Positions 31,410 to 41,620 of a stretch of DNA of 64,000 nucleotides are shown in pieces. Within the stretch, counting starts at the first letter, position 1, and each line of letters starts with the position of its first letter. The DNA comes from Candidatus Krumholzibacteriota bacterium (GTDB lineage Bacteria > Krumholzibacteriota > Krumholzibacteriia > JAJRXK01). A program made the position numbers and the translations under genes. The notes under the pieces are model-generated. The model had not been told where the DNA came from. It did not search any database and worked only from the letters and a program-made list of their open reading frames with translations. The stretch is from the NCBI GenBank assembly GCA_963764625.1, contig CAVXTH010000009.1:448001-512000 (forward strand), in the 5' to 3' direction.

Positions 31410-31449
31410 ACGGATAGTGGATTGTATACGGTGCTTCGGTTTAAGAGCG
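31410..31449 (-). mobile_element. 40-bp ori stub, copy 2a (no cargo)
   Basis: ACGGATAGTGGATTGTATACGG plus a degenerate first hairpin, abutting the next ori. Confidence 0.85.
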
Positions 31450-31880
31450 ACGGATAGTGGATTGTATAGGGTACTTCGGCCGAAAAGCGAGCCTCGACCT
31501 TTGAAACGGGTGCTCTTTACGCTGTGTTCTCGGTGCGATGATCACCATGAGGATTGATCGTCGATCCGCGACTCACCCTACCGCAACTCTGTTCGCCCGA
31601 CATGCGCCCACCAGAGCGGCTTCCACCTATCCTCGTGCGGGTCGTTGCCGCCGATCCGTGCCAGGTGTCTGAGAATCCGGTCCACCACCGCTGCTTCGTC
31701 GATCACCGACACGATCTTCATGGTTCCCCCGCACTGCGGGCAGAGCATGGGGTCCAGCTCGAAGATCCTGCGCAGCAGGCGTGCCCAGCTGCGGCTGCGC
31801 GCAGTGGAGGGTGCCCTGGCGATCGTCGCGTCCTGGGGGTTGGCTCTTGCCCCTCGGGCCCGGTGCGAGTACCAGCCGTA
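31450..31880 (-). mobile_element. ori-side stub, copy 2b
   Basis: Same ori and 105-bp deletion; homology ends at ...ACCAGCCGTA. Confidence 0.9.
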
Positions 31881-32155
31881 ATGCGAATGTGCTGGGTGGG
31901 GTGTTGTTCGGCGTCGGCATCGCGCTTCTGATCGAACGATTCAGGCCGCCGTTTCGAATCGTGGGACTGGGACTCGGCGGGGCGGTGAGCATCAACCTCT
32001 GCGGCGGCGTGGTGCTGGCGCACTGGCTGGCGACGGGTCGTCTGACACCGTCGATGCTGGGCATATTCGCTCTCTGGACGCTCGTGTTGTTGCTCTTCGG
32101 CCTGAGTTTCGTCGAGTTATACAGCCACCTGAAAACGGACCCGCGAGACGTCTGA
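31881..32155 (+). pseudogene. 3' fragment of a membrane protein gene
   Basis: ANVLGGVLFGVGIAL...AVSINLCGG frame begins at the IS junction with no start codon. Confidence 0.6.
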
Positions 32156-32442
32156 CGCGCGTAGACACACTCCAAGCGAAGGCCGCCGAATCCCCGCGTC
32201 CTAACGAGCATGGCCTCGACAACCACGGTCGCGTGGCTCTTGTCGTCGAACTACTTTGTCAGATCGCGGAGCAGCCGATCACGCTCCTGCCGCGCTTGTC
32301 CTCACGATTCCACCGCGGTCATGGAGACATTCGGGAGACGGCGTCCCCGGGTCGGCGGGATACTGGTGGAGCCGGGTGTTTCGCTGTAGTAAACTAGACA
32401 TTTACCGGAACCATCCGCACGCCTGCCCAAACAGGAGAGGTG

Positions 32443-33978
32443 ATGACCGTGCGACACCGACTATTCTGCGGCATCGTTCTTCAATCCCTGGTCCTCATCA
32501 ACACTCCGACCGGCGCCACCACGCGGATCGTCAAACCGGACGGCACCGGCGATGTCCCCACCATCCAGGACGGCGTCAACGCCTCCCTACCGGGTGACAG
32601 TGTGGTCCTCGCCCCGGGCATCTTCACCGGCGTTGGCAACCGGGATGTGGACTACGGCGGCAAGGCCATCGTCGTCACGTCACAGGGCGGCGCGGCGGCC
32701 ACCATCATCGATTGCGAGGGACTGGGACGCGGATTCCAGTTCGTCAACGGCGAGGACAGTACCTCGGTGCTTTCCAACGTCACCATCACCAACGGACACG
32801 AGACTTCGGGTGGAGCGATCTATGCCTTCGGTGCCGCACCCACCATCACGGACAACATCATCACCGGCAACACGGCCGACGAATATGGCGGGGGAATCTA
32901 CTCGCTCGAGGCAACACCCGGAGGGGGGCGGATCGCGCACAACACCATCTCGGACAACGATGTGGACACCGGCATGAGCGGCCTCGGCCGGGGTGGCGGG
33001 ATACTGGCCGAGACCATCCAGGTCATCGAGGACAACACGATTACGAGGAACTCCGCTGACAATGGGGGCGGCGTGTGGTTCCAGGGTACATCGGGCCCCC
33101 TAACGCTCGGCTCCCTGATCAACAACACGATCACCAACAACACCGCGCACTTCCATGGTGGCGGAGTCTATGTCAACCTCGGGGCTCTGTCCCTTGCGGG
33201 GAATCTCATCATCGGGAACTACGCAGCCACTTTGGGCGGCGGCATGTATCTGTTGAGAGTGAACGACGCGATCGAGAATTGCGTGGTGGCCAATGACTCG
33301 TGCGGAGTGATAGGCTCGGGAATCTATCTCTTTCAGTCGTTTCCGACGCTGACGAACGTCACCATGGCGTACAATATGGGGCCCGACGCCATCGCCCTCG
33401 ACCAGAGCTCTGTAACTATCGAGCGATCGATCATCGCGTTCAACAGCGGCTACGCCATTGGCTGCTATTCGTATCTGAGCCAGGAGACCTGCGTGGATTT
33501 CTACGGCAACCAGAGCAATGGGACCTGCGTTTCCGGCAGCGACGTGTTCTACCTCGACCCGTTGTTCTGCGATGCAACCAATGGGGACTATCGCCTCGCA
33601 TCCGGGTCGCCATGTCTGCCCGCCAACAGTCCGTGCGGCCAGCTGGTGGGTGCCTTGCCGGAGTGCGTTGCGACCGGCGTGGGCCCCACGCCACGGACCG
33701 ACGGGGCGGTACTGGAGATCTTCCCCAATCCATTCAATCCATCCACTACGATTCGCTACGGTTTCGCGCGTAGGAACGGCCCGGTGACGGTCGTTATCTA
33801 CGACGTGCGCGGACGCCGGGTGCGCACGCTGGTGAACGAACAACAAGCCGCGGCGGTGCGGTCGGTGAAATGGGACGGGCGCGATGACAACGGTGTCGCG
33901 GCGGGTTCGGGTGTCTACTTCTGCCAGGTCAAAGCACCCGGCGTTCTGGCGGCGCGTCGCATGGTGCTCCTGAAGTGA
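32443..33978 (+). CDS. Secreted right-handed beta-helix protein with FlgD-Ig tail
   Basis: PTIQDG, NxA..GGG repeats, DPLFCD, PNPFNP tail. Confidence 0.85.
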   Translation: MTVRHRLFCGIVLQSLVLINTPTGATTRIVKPDGTGDVPTIQDGVNASLPGDSVVLAPGIFTGVGNRDVDYGGKAIVVTSQGGAAATIIDCEGLGRGFQFVNGEDSTSVLSNVTITNGHETSGGAIYAFGAAPTITDNIITGNTADEYGGGIYSLEATPGGGRIAHNTISDNDVDTGMSGLGRGGGILAETIQVIEDNTITRNSADNGGGVWFQGTSGPLTLGSLINNTITNNTAHFHGGGVYVNLGALSLAGNLIIGNYAATLGGGMYLLRVNDAIENCVVANDSCGVIGSGIYLFQSFPTLTNVTMAYNMGPDAIALDQSSVTIERSIIAFNSGYAIGCYSYLSQETCVDFYGNQSNGTCVSGSDVFYLDPLFCDATNGDYRLASGSPCLPANSPCGQLVGALPECVATGVGPTPRTDGAVLEIFPNPFNPSTTIRYGFARRNGPVTVVIYDVRGRRVRTLVNEQQAAAVRSVKWDGRDDNGVAAGSGVYFCQVKAPGVLAARRMVLLK

Positions 33979-34018
33979 TATGGAAAGCGGAGTCTCGTTG
34001 GCAAACAAAAGTTTGGTG

Positions 34019-34265
34019 ACGGATAGTGGATTGTATACGGCGCTTTAGCCGAAAAGCGAGCAACGACCTTCGAAACGGGTGCTCTTTGCGCTGTGTTCTC
34101 GGTGCGATGATCACCATGAGGATTGATCGTCGATCCGCGACTCACCCTACCGCAACTCTGTTCGCCCGACATGCGCCCACCTGAGCGGCTTCCACCTATC
34201 CTTGGGCACACCGTACCCCCGACGCTCGTGCTGTTGCGCATTCGTCGGGAGGCTGAGGGTACTGG
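34019..34265 (-). mobile_element. ori-side stub, copy 3 (247 bp)
   Basis: Homology to the full element ends at ...GAGGGTACTGG. Confidence 0.9.
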
Positions 34266-34483
34266 CTGACCAAGTCGGGCAGGCAGCGAAAGATCGGCAA
34301 GATCGTCAGCGGTGGAGGTTGTGCTCTGGTGGTTCTTGCGGTGAGCGTGGCGGTGCTGACTCTTCTGAGCTGGGTGAGTCTGTAGGCAACCGCGGCGGAG
34401 TTGAAGCGATTCGGATTTCGTCGCATAATGGAATGGTCGCGGCATATTGATTGATCTGCACATTTGCAAGGTTGGTAAAGCTC

Positions 34484-35059
34484 ATGAGATGTGGAATTGC
34501 CTGCGGGCTGTTACTCTCGTTGCTCCTTTTCCTCGCTCCGAGCACGAACGCACAGGATGTCCCGGGAAATGTCTTCTTGGGAGTGCCCTCAATTCTCACT
34601 CACTACGTGCTCGTGTGTCTTCCTCCCGAGGGGGGCGTCTACGCGCTCGCCACTGAACCGCTGGAGCCGGTGAAGTCGGTGCGCTTCCAGGTCACCTGGC
34701 CGGACGGAGTCGATCACGATCAGGGGAGCGTGATCTGGCCGGGCGCGGTCGATGTCTCCGAACCCGGTGACGACATCTGGGACATCGTGTTCGAGGAATG
34801 TCGCGACAAACCGGGCAGCACTCTGTACCTCGTGAACTACGGAGGGGTGGATTATTACGGTCAAAGGGGCTGGATGTGCCCGTATGGTGACGTGGTTCCC
34901 CGACCGGTGTGGACGCTGTGTTCCGGGGAAACCATCGAAGCCTCGCTCTTCGACATGGGCCCTTCCTGGGTGGATGGCTGTTCTCCTTTTGGAAACAACT
35001 TCTGCGAGGTCATCCCCGCCCAGGCGCAGAGCTGGGGCACCCTGAAGTCCAGCTACTGA
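34484..35059 (+). CDS. Secreted hypothetical protein ending SWGTLKSSY
   Basis: Signal peptide, Cys-containing body, conserved-looking C-terminal motif. Confidence 0.7.
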   Translation: MRCGIACGLLLSLLLFLAPSTNAQDVPGNVFLGVPSILTHYVLVCLPPEGGVYALATEPLEPVKSVRFQVTWPDGVDHDQGSVIWPGAVDVSEPGDDIWDIVFEECRDKPGSTLYLVNYGGVDYYGQRGWMCPYGDVVPRPVWTLCSGETIEASLFDMGPSWVDGCSPFGNNFCEVIPAQAQSWGTLKSSY

Positions 35060-35079
35060 GAATGAAGTGGAGAGGATCG

Positions 35080-35418
35080 ATGGATCGCAAGAAGGCCGTT
35101 CGAGACTATTAGGAGTCCGCGCGCCCGGCGGGAGTCTACCGCGTGCAGCACACGCCGAGCGGCCGCACTCTTTTGGGATCCAGTCCCGATGCGCCGGCGA
35201 TGCTCAACCGCATTCGCTTTCAGTTGCAGACGAAGGGGCATCCCAATCGCAAGCTTCAGGCCGACTGGAATGCCGATGGCGCGGATGCCTTCACCTTCGA
35301 AGTCTTGGATCTGCTGCCGCCCACCGAGAACGAAGTGAAGGACCCGGCCGCAGAGTTGGCCGCTCTCGAGGAATTGTGGCAAGACAAACTGCAGATCGCG
35401 GAAGAGCTGCGCTACTAG
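35080..35418 (+). pseudogene. GIY-YIG family small protein with in-frame TAG at 35110
   Basis: MDRKKAVRDY*..AGVYRV..RFQL..HPNRKLQADW; the second copy has AAG at this codon. Confidence 0.7.
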
Positions 35419-35510
35419 TCTCGCCATGAACATTGACTGGCACGAAGAGGCCAGCTTCAGATAGGATTTCATTTCTAAACCACCGGCCACGTATTCCCAC
35501 GAGGGCAAGC

Positions 35511-36239
35511 ATGTCTGAAAGTTCCGTTGCTCGTTGGCCCCAGCACTACGCGCGTCTCTGTGGCTTCTTTTATCTGTACATCATCGTGGCCGGCATCTTC
35601 GCCGAACTCTTCGTTCGCGCGAAGCTCGTCATTCCGACCGACGCCGGCGCGACAGCCCACAACATCCTGAGCCACGAATCGCTGTTCCGGATTGGGTTTT
35701 CCGGCGAGATCCTGCATCTCTCCTTCGACGTCATGGTGGCAGTGATTCTGTACGCGTTGCTTCGCCCTGTCGATCGCAGCATTGCCCTCCTCGCCGCGTT
35801 CATGCGCTTTGCCTGTGATCTCATCTTGGCCGTGGCGAGCATGAGCCACTTCGCGGCATTGAAGCTCTTGCATGGAGGCGCTGCTCTCGAGTCCTTTTCC
35901 TCGGGACAACTGCATTCGCTCGCACTGTGGGTGATGAATCTTCACGGCGACGCCTATGCCATCAGTCTCGTCTTCTTCGGCTTCGCATGTCTCGCCCTGG
36001 GGCACCTTCTCTTTTACTCAGACTTTCTCCCCAAGGCCCTCGGTGTTCTGCTCGCTCTCGCCGGAGTCTGCTACCTCTTCACGAGCTTCGCCCAGTTCCT
36101 GGATCCGGCCTTCGCCCAGCGACTCTTTCCCGTCTTCTTCATTCCGTGCTTTGTGGGCGAGCTCGGCTTCGCGCTGTGGATGCTCGTGAAGGGCGTGAAA
36201 GTTGAAAAGTGGAGAGAGCGGGCGCTCGCGCAGGACTAA
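35511..36239 (+). CDS. DUF4386-like membrane protein
   Basis: ARLCGFFYL, DAGATAHNI, GELGFALWMLVKG; multiple TM segments. Confidence 0.75.
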   Translation: MSESSVARWPQHYARLCGFFYLYIIVAGIFAELFVRAKLVIPTDAGATAHNILSHESLFRIGFSGEILHLSFDVMVAVILYALLRPVDRSIALLAAFMRFACDLILAVASMSHFAALKLLHGGAALESFSSGQLHSLALWVMNLHGDAYAISLVFFGFACLALGHLLFYSDFLPKALGVLLALAGVCYLFTSFAQFLDPAFAQRLFPVFFIPCFVGELGFALWMLVKGVKVEKWRERALAQD

Positions 36240-36391
36240 ACCCCTAACGGGGCGGTTGGCGACAGACCCGTTGTCCGTCCAGGCTATCAACTCTTGACCG
36301 CCCGGGCAGAAGTGGTCCACGCTCAGCTCATCCGTCCCCTCCCCCTACAGGTCTTAGTTTACGCTTCGTGTGCTGCTCAGGAGGCATTGCC

Positions 36392-36976
36392 GTGACCAAA
36401 TTTCGTTGGGTGTTGTTGCTCGCTTTGATTCTCATGGGACTTTGGGCTCGTGAAGCTTCGGCTCAAGGACGACCCGATCCCGCAAAACTCATGGCGGCTC
36501 AGCGAGAGGCGATGAGCCGACTTGCCATCATGGATGGGGTGTGGAGGGGTGCCGCTTCGATCAGCATGGGTCCGGACGGGAAGCACGAAATCACCCAGAC
36601 AGAACGGGTTGGATCGTTCTTGGATGGTTCCGTGAAAGTCGTCGAGGGCCGCGGCTACGAGGCAGACGGCACGGTCAGTTTCAATGCGCTGGGCATCATC
36701 TCCTACGACCCTGAGTCCAAGAGTTACACGATGCATTCCTATGCGCAGGGGAATGTCGGTGACTTCGTATTGACTCCTACGGGCGATGGCTACAGCTGGG
36801 AGATCCCCGCTGGACCCATGAAGATAAAATACACGGCCACCATCAAGGATGGAACTTGGATCGAAACCGGAGACCGCGTATTGCCGGGCAAGGAGCCGGT
36901 GCGGTTCTTGGAGATGAAGCTCGAACGTGTCGGAGATACCGACTGGCCGTCCGCAAACGCAGTGAAGCCCCAGTGA
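36392..36976 (+). CDS. Secreted DUF1579-like beta-barrel protein
   Basis: Signal peptide; GVWRG, QTERVG, FNALGIISYD. Confidence 0.65.
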   Translation: MTKFRWVLLLALILMGLWAREASAQGRPDPAKLMAAQREAMSRLAIMDGVWRGAASISMGPDGKHEITQTERVGSFLDGSVKVVEGRGYEADGTVSFNALGIISYDPESKSYTMHSYAQGNVGDFVLTPTGDGYSWEIPAGPMKIKYTATIKDGTWIETGDRVLPGKEPVRFLEMKLERVGDTDWPSANAVKPQ

Positions 36977-37103
36977 GCGAGTGCGCCCTGCATGCTTCCG
37001 CGGAAGTGGCCGCGGGCCGGGGTCTTGTTCATATTCTGGTACGTAGAATTCCCGCCAGCGCGGGAAACGCAACAGATAACTCGGCCCCGAAAGGAGCTTC
37101 AGT

Positions 37104-37235
37104 ATGAAGCTGAGAAGCAAATTGTGGAGCGCTGCGCTTCTTCTCGTCGCAGTACTCTGGTCGATCGCCGCTTTCGCCAAGAACACTGACCAGAAGATCG
37201 TCGTCAAGGACGTCGGCTTTTCCACTCCCGAGTCG
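37104..37235 (+). pseudogene. 5' fragment of a secreted SMP-30/gluconolactonase-like protein, cut by ori copy 4
   Basis: AGGAG RBS; MKLRSKLWSAALLLVAVLWSIAAFA...VGFSTPES, then the ori. Confidence 0.65.
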
Positions 37236-37670
37236 ACGGATAGTGGATTGTATACGGCGCTTTAGCCGAAAAGCGAGCAACGACCTTCGAAACGGGTGCT
37301 CTTTGCGCTGTGTTCTCGGTGCGATGATCACCATGAGGATTGACCGTCGATCCGTGCCAGGTGTCTGAGAATCCGGTCCACCACCGCTGCTTCGTCGATC
37401 ACCGACACGATCTTCATGGTTCCCCCGCACTGCGGGCAGAGCATGGGGTCCAGCTCGAAGATCCTGCGCAGCAGGCGTGCCCAGCTGCGGCTGCGCGCAG
37501 TGGACGGTGCCCTGGCGATCGTCGCGTCCTGGGGGGTGGCTCTTGCCCCTCGGGCCCGGTGCGAGTACCAGCCGTAGTAACGGACCAGGTGCTGCCGTGG
37601 CGCGGGGATCTAGGCGCACAGACGGCGGATCATCTCCAGAACATCGAGTTCGAGATCACGTTGGCCGGTG
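37236..37670 (-). mobile_element. ori-side stub, copy 4
   Basis: Internal deletion between CGATCCG microhomologies; homology ends at TTGGCCGGTG. Confidence 0.9.
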
Positions 37671-37841
37671 AGGCGCTTGGTCAACTGTTTGAGGATGCCA
37701 TCGTTGCCGAGAAACTCCTCGGGCTTCTTGCCGGCGATGAGCTCATCGAGCAACTTGTCGGTAGGATCTGGCTTGGCCATGGCTCTTCTCCTTTGATAGA
37801 GTATAGTTCAAGGCCAGTTACACAGAAAAGCTTACAGTCTT
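37671..37841 (-). mobile_element. IS256-family left-end fragment
   Basis: Minus strand AGACTGTAAGCTTTTCTGTGTAAC IR-like end; ATG 37780 gives MAKPDPTDKLLDELIAGKKPEEFLGNDGILKQLTKRL. Confidence 0.75.
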
Positions 37842-37872
37842 GATAATGGAAGCTCAAACACGAGGATTGAAA

Positions 37873-38982
37873 ATGAAGCGAAATCACCTCTATTTCATTA
37901 TCACGCTGTTGCTTGTCGCGATGGCGGTCGTCGGCTGCTCTGACAACGGCACCGCCCCGGTGCTCGACAAGGGCCCGGCTATCACACGCGTTTGGATCGA
38001 GGGCGCGCTCAACGTATCCCTCGGTGGCACCACGGCCATGAAGGCCATGGTCATGTACGAGGACGGCACAACCCACGATGTCACCGAAGACGCCGCCTGG
38101 GACACGCTCGACCCCACCGTGGCTACCGCGGACAACGGCGTCGTGACAGCGGTCGACATCGGTGTCACCCAGGTGCGCATCCGCTACCGCGGCGTCACCT
38201 TCTCCGACTTTCTCGGTGTTCCGACGCGTGGGTATCCTCAGGGCTCCATCTCACTCGAGGGATACAGCGGGGTCGACCAGGCACTCCAGCTCAACCCCGG
38301 CGAGACCCGTCAGCTCAAGATCGAGATTCGATACCCCGACGCCACCACGCTCGACATCACCGACCGCGCGGTCTTCGACTCGTCCAACCCCGCCGCCATT
38401 TCCGTCGATCCATTCGGAGTGGCCACCGTCCACGTCGACCAGGGCGCGACCGAGCTCTGGATCGAGTACCGTGGCCAGTACGCGCAGTTCACACTGCAGG
38501 TGGGTGACCCCCTGCCCAAGCAGTACGAAGTCTATGTGGAAGCCGAAAGATTCGCGGCGCCCAATTCGTGCGACAGCGCCACCAACGCTGATGGCGGCGA
38601 CGGCGAATTCTGTTACCAGATCAACGTCGTTACGCCGACCGGCGACCGCCTGCTCGTCGCCGAGACCACCGACTATCCCAGCAAGGACCACGTCATCCAC
38701 GTTGACCAGAACGGATCGCTGACCCTCAACTCCGCGCAGCTCGGCCCGCTCCCACTCAGCGAAATCCAGGCCCTCGAGGTCGAAGTGCGCGTGACCGAGT
38801 GGGACCTGCAGTGGACCGACTTCGGCGACCCCATACACGATTCCGATATGGACGACAGGTCGGACAGCCGCGTCTATCGCGGCTCCGACGGCTTTTCGCC
38901 CGGCGTCCACACCATCAACCTCACCGGATCCGCCGACTGCGAAGTCGAGGTCAGCTTCCGCATCATCGCCGTCCAGCTGTAG
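37873..38982 (+). CDS. Lipoprotein with two bacterial Ig-like (Big_2-type) domains
   Basis: Lipobox VVGC; YxDxTTxDxT...WxxxDPTVA and SSNPA repeats. Confidence 0.75.
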   Translation: MKRNHLYFIITLLLVAMAVVGCSDNGTAPVLDKGPAITRVWIEGALNVSLGGTTAMKAMVMYEDGTTHDVTEDAAWDTLDPTVATADNGVVTAVDIGVTQVRIRYRGVTFSDFLGVPTRGYPQGSISLEGYSGVDQALQLNPGETRQLKIEIRYPDATTLDITDRAVFDSSNPAAISVDPFGVATVHVDQGATELWIEYRGQYAQFTLQVGDPLPKQYEVYVEAERFAAPNSCDSATNADGGDGEFCYQINVVTPTGDRLLVAETTDYPSKDHVIHVDQNGSLTLNSAQLGPLPLSEIQALEVEVRVTEWDLQWTDFGDPIHDSDMDDRSDSRVYRGSDGFSPGVHTINLTGSADCEVEVSFRIIAVQL

Positions 38983-39020
38983 CCCCCACCCGGAAGGGCG
39001 CAGGAACGCAAGGGCCCCGT

Positions 39021-39119
39021 ACGGATAGTGGATTGTATACGGCGCTTTAGCCGACAAGCGAGCAACGACCTTCGAAACGGGTGCTCTTTGCGCTGTGTTC
39101 TCGGTGCGATGATCACCAT
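39021..39119 (-). mobile_element. ori-side stub, copy 5 (about 100 bp)
   Basis: Ori and hairpins only. Confidence 0.9.
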
Positions 39120-39170
39120 ATTGACCTTGGTGCGATGAAGAGTTTGAAGAAGCAGCAACAGATGAAAGGA

Positions 39171-39194
39171 GCCGCGGCCCTCTGGGGCCGCGGC
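39171..39194. terminator. GC-rich hairpin
   Basis: GCCGCGGCCC-TCTG-GGGCCGCGGC. Confidence 0.45.
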
Positions 39195-40037
39195 CTGTCC
39201 CTGCCCCGAGTTCAATAAGCAAGTGCAACACTTCTGGCTTAGCGACTTCCGCGCTAGAATGCGCGGATTATGTCTAAACACTACAAGCACTTGTCCGAAG
39301 AGGAGCGGGATCGTCTGGCGATCCTCAAGGGCCAGGACCTGCCGATGAGAGCGATCGCGGCTCAACTCGGTCGGTCTCCCTCGACGATCTCACGGGAGCT
39401 GCGTCGTAACGCCTCCTCCGGCAGATCAAGCGGCTATCTGCCCCATAAAGCCCAAACCGAAGCCGACCTTCGTTGGAGGCAAAGTCATCGTCGGCTGCGT
39501 CTGAAAGCCCCCTTCCTGAGGTCATATGTCCGAATCGGTCTCAAACGAGGCTGGTCACCCGAGCAGATCGCCGGACGACTTCGATACGAAGGTCACTCGC
39601 TGACCGTCAGTCACGAAGCCATCTATCAATGGATCTACCTCGAGGCTAGGGAGCTGATCCCTCGGCTCGCCAAGTCTCACCGCAAACGACTACCGCGCCG
39701 GTATTGCAAACACTCCCGATTCCGTATCCCCAACAGGGTTTTCATCTCCGAACGCCCCCAGCATGTGCTTACACGGGAATAGCCAGGACACTGGGAGGTC
39801 GACACCGCCAACTCACCTCGCGGGACGGCGGCGCTCGCTGTTGCTGTCGAACGCAAGACTCGGTACATGAGGATCAAGGCCATCTCTCGAAAAACGGCTA
39901 TGGCGTTCCGCAAGTCGCTGGTTGAAAGTCTCGGCAGCTATCCCGACCACATCCGAGCGACAATCACTTACGATAACGGTGCAGAGAACACATGCCATTG
40001 CTGGGTCGATCGCGCCCTGGGCACTCAGGCGTACTAC
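39195..40037 (+). mobile_element. IS30-family element, truncated, with TAG at 39780
   Basis: YKHLS..ER, RSPSTISRELRRN, WSPEQIAG, then GHWEVDT, VERKTRY, TITYDNG; C-terminus missing. Confidence 0.88.
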
Positions 40038-40264
40038 GACGGCCCCATTCGTGACTCTCAGCAAAACAGAGACGCCGTGCTGCGCAAGTATTCGAAACGT
40101 GCCCGAATGTGGCAAACGAAAGGCCCACCTGCGGTGAGCGATACGGCCTGCGTTAAGAAAACGAGGCCACCTGATTAGGCGGCCTCGATAAGTGGCTCCC
40201 CTTTCGTGACTCGCAGCGAAAGGGTCTATGTTCGGGGGTTGACTAGGTCCGTAATCTCTGTGGC

Positions 40265-41416
40265 TCACTGGCCGCCGCGGAAGAGAGCCTTTAGTCCTCC
40301 GAAGCTTGTGGCCTCTGTGGGCACGGGAGCTCCTGCGAAGGGTTCGAAATCCGCGATTCCTGTCTCCAGAGCGGAGTCGTGATTGTCATAGATGCGCGCA
40401 GCGATCTCCGTAGGATCGGTTGTCCCCCAGTAGTTGTTCGTGAAGTCATAATGCCTGATCTCAGGCGCGGTATCTCCCGTCAAATAAGCCAGATATCCTT
40501 GTGAAGAAATTAAGTCGTTCTCGTTGACATGCACAGTGCTAGGCGAACCAATCCATATTCCGTATAACTGTGAATTCAGCAGCTCATTCTGATGAAGGTC
40601 TACCGTAGCGTAGTTGCTGATATCAACATGCCATCCATTGTTCTGAAGCGTGTTGTCAGCAACCGTCACCACGGTCCCGCTTTCTAACAATACGATCCCA
40701 GAGTACATGACATTTTCGATTGTGCAGTTCTCGATGAACCCCGGACAATTGTCAAATTGGATTCCTACACTACCTCCATTGATATGCGTGTAGCTGATCT
40801 GAGCTTCTTGCGGTGATCCTAGCGTAATTCCATATCCGACATTATCTGTCAACTCGCAATGGCTGATGCGAATCAGTCCCCCTGTAAATGGCACATGAAT
40901 GCCGTCCTCGTTGTTATGCATGATGCTATGATCAATCGTAAGGGGACCTTCCGGCTCAAAGCCAAATTTGCAGTATCGTGCCACACAATCCGCTATGTAG
41001 AAATCCCCTAGGGAGTACGCGCCCACCCAAGTGTTCTCAAATGTCATCTTTTCGATGTGAGTTACGCTGACGTTTTGGGCGACGACCAATCCCACGGGAT
41101 CTCCCTGGGCAGTGGTGGGTGCGGTAGGACCGATGATCACGGCATCTCGATCCGTCCCTATTATCGTCAGATTGTCTACCCGAACTACTAGATGCGCGTC
41201 GCGTCGTACGCCGCTGTTGAAATAGAACTCCGTGACTTCTTCATATCTTCCAGGTCCGATCAACAGAGTATCCCCCGCTGCTGCAGCGTCGGCTGCTGGC
41301 TGCAGCAGGGTATAATCTCCCGTGCCATTTTTCATCACGGTGATGGTATTGGACCAAGCCGCCGTCGAGAGGAGAAGTAGAGCCAAACTGAATGTGGCAA
41401 GGATGGAGTTGCGCAT
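40265..41416 (-). CDS. Secreted beta-helix (NosD-like) protein ending SFGGLKALFR
   Basis: Signal peptide, GDYTLLQPA, GDTLLIGPG, NNYWG; lower GC. Confidence 0.8.
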   Translation of the reverse strand: MRNSILATFSLALLLLSTAAWSNTITVMKNGTGDYTLLQPAADAAAAGDTLLIGPGRYEEVTEFYFNSGVRRDAHLVVRVDNLTIIGTDRDAVIIGPTAPTTAQGDPVGLVVAQNVSVTHIEKMTFENTWVGAYSLGDFYIADCVARYCKFGFEPEGPLTIDHSIMHNNEDGIHVPFTGGLIRISHCELTDNVGYGITLGSPQEAQISYTHINGGSVGIQFDNCPGFIENCTIENVMYSGIVLLESGTVVTVADNTLQNNGWHVDISNYATVDLHQNELLNSQLYGIWIGSPSTVHVNENDLISSQGYLAYLTGDTAPEIRHYDFTNNYWGTTDPTEIAARIYDNHDSALETGIADFEPFAGAPVPTEATSFGGLKALFRGGQ

Positions 41417-41475
41417 GCTGTTGCCTTCTCGAACTGCGGGTTGGGGCTATGGACCCCAACCCACTACTCCTACAG

Positions 41476-41620
41476 TTAACGCACGACCGTGACGCGTGTC
41501 TTGAGGTCCTTTCCGTCCGCCAACATCCGGACAAAATAGACTCCGCTGGAAACCTGGGTTCCAGCACTGTCCTGGCCTTTCCATTGTACCACATGGGGGC
41601 CCGGCCCAAAGACCTGGGGG
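41476..41620 (-). pseudogene. FlgD-Ig C-terminal gene fragment cut by IS3
   Basis: WKGQDSAGTQVSSGVYFVRM...RVTVVR*. Confidence 0.75.
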
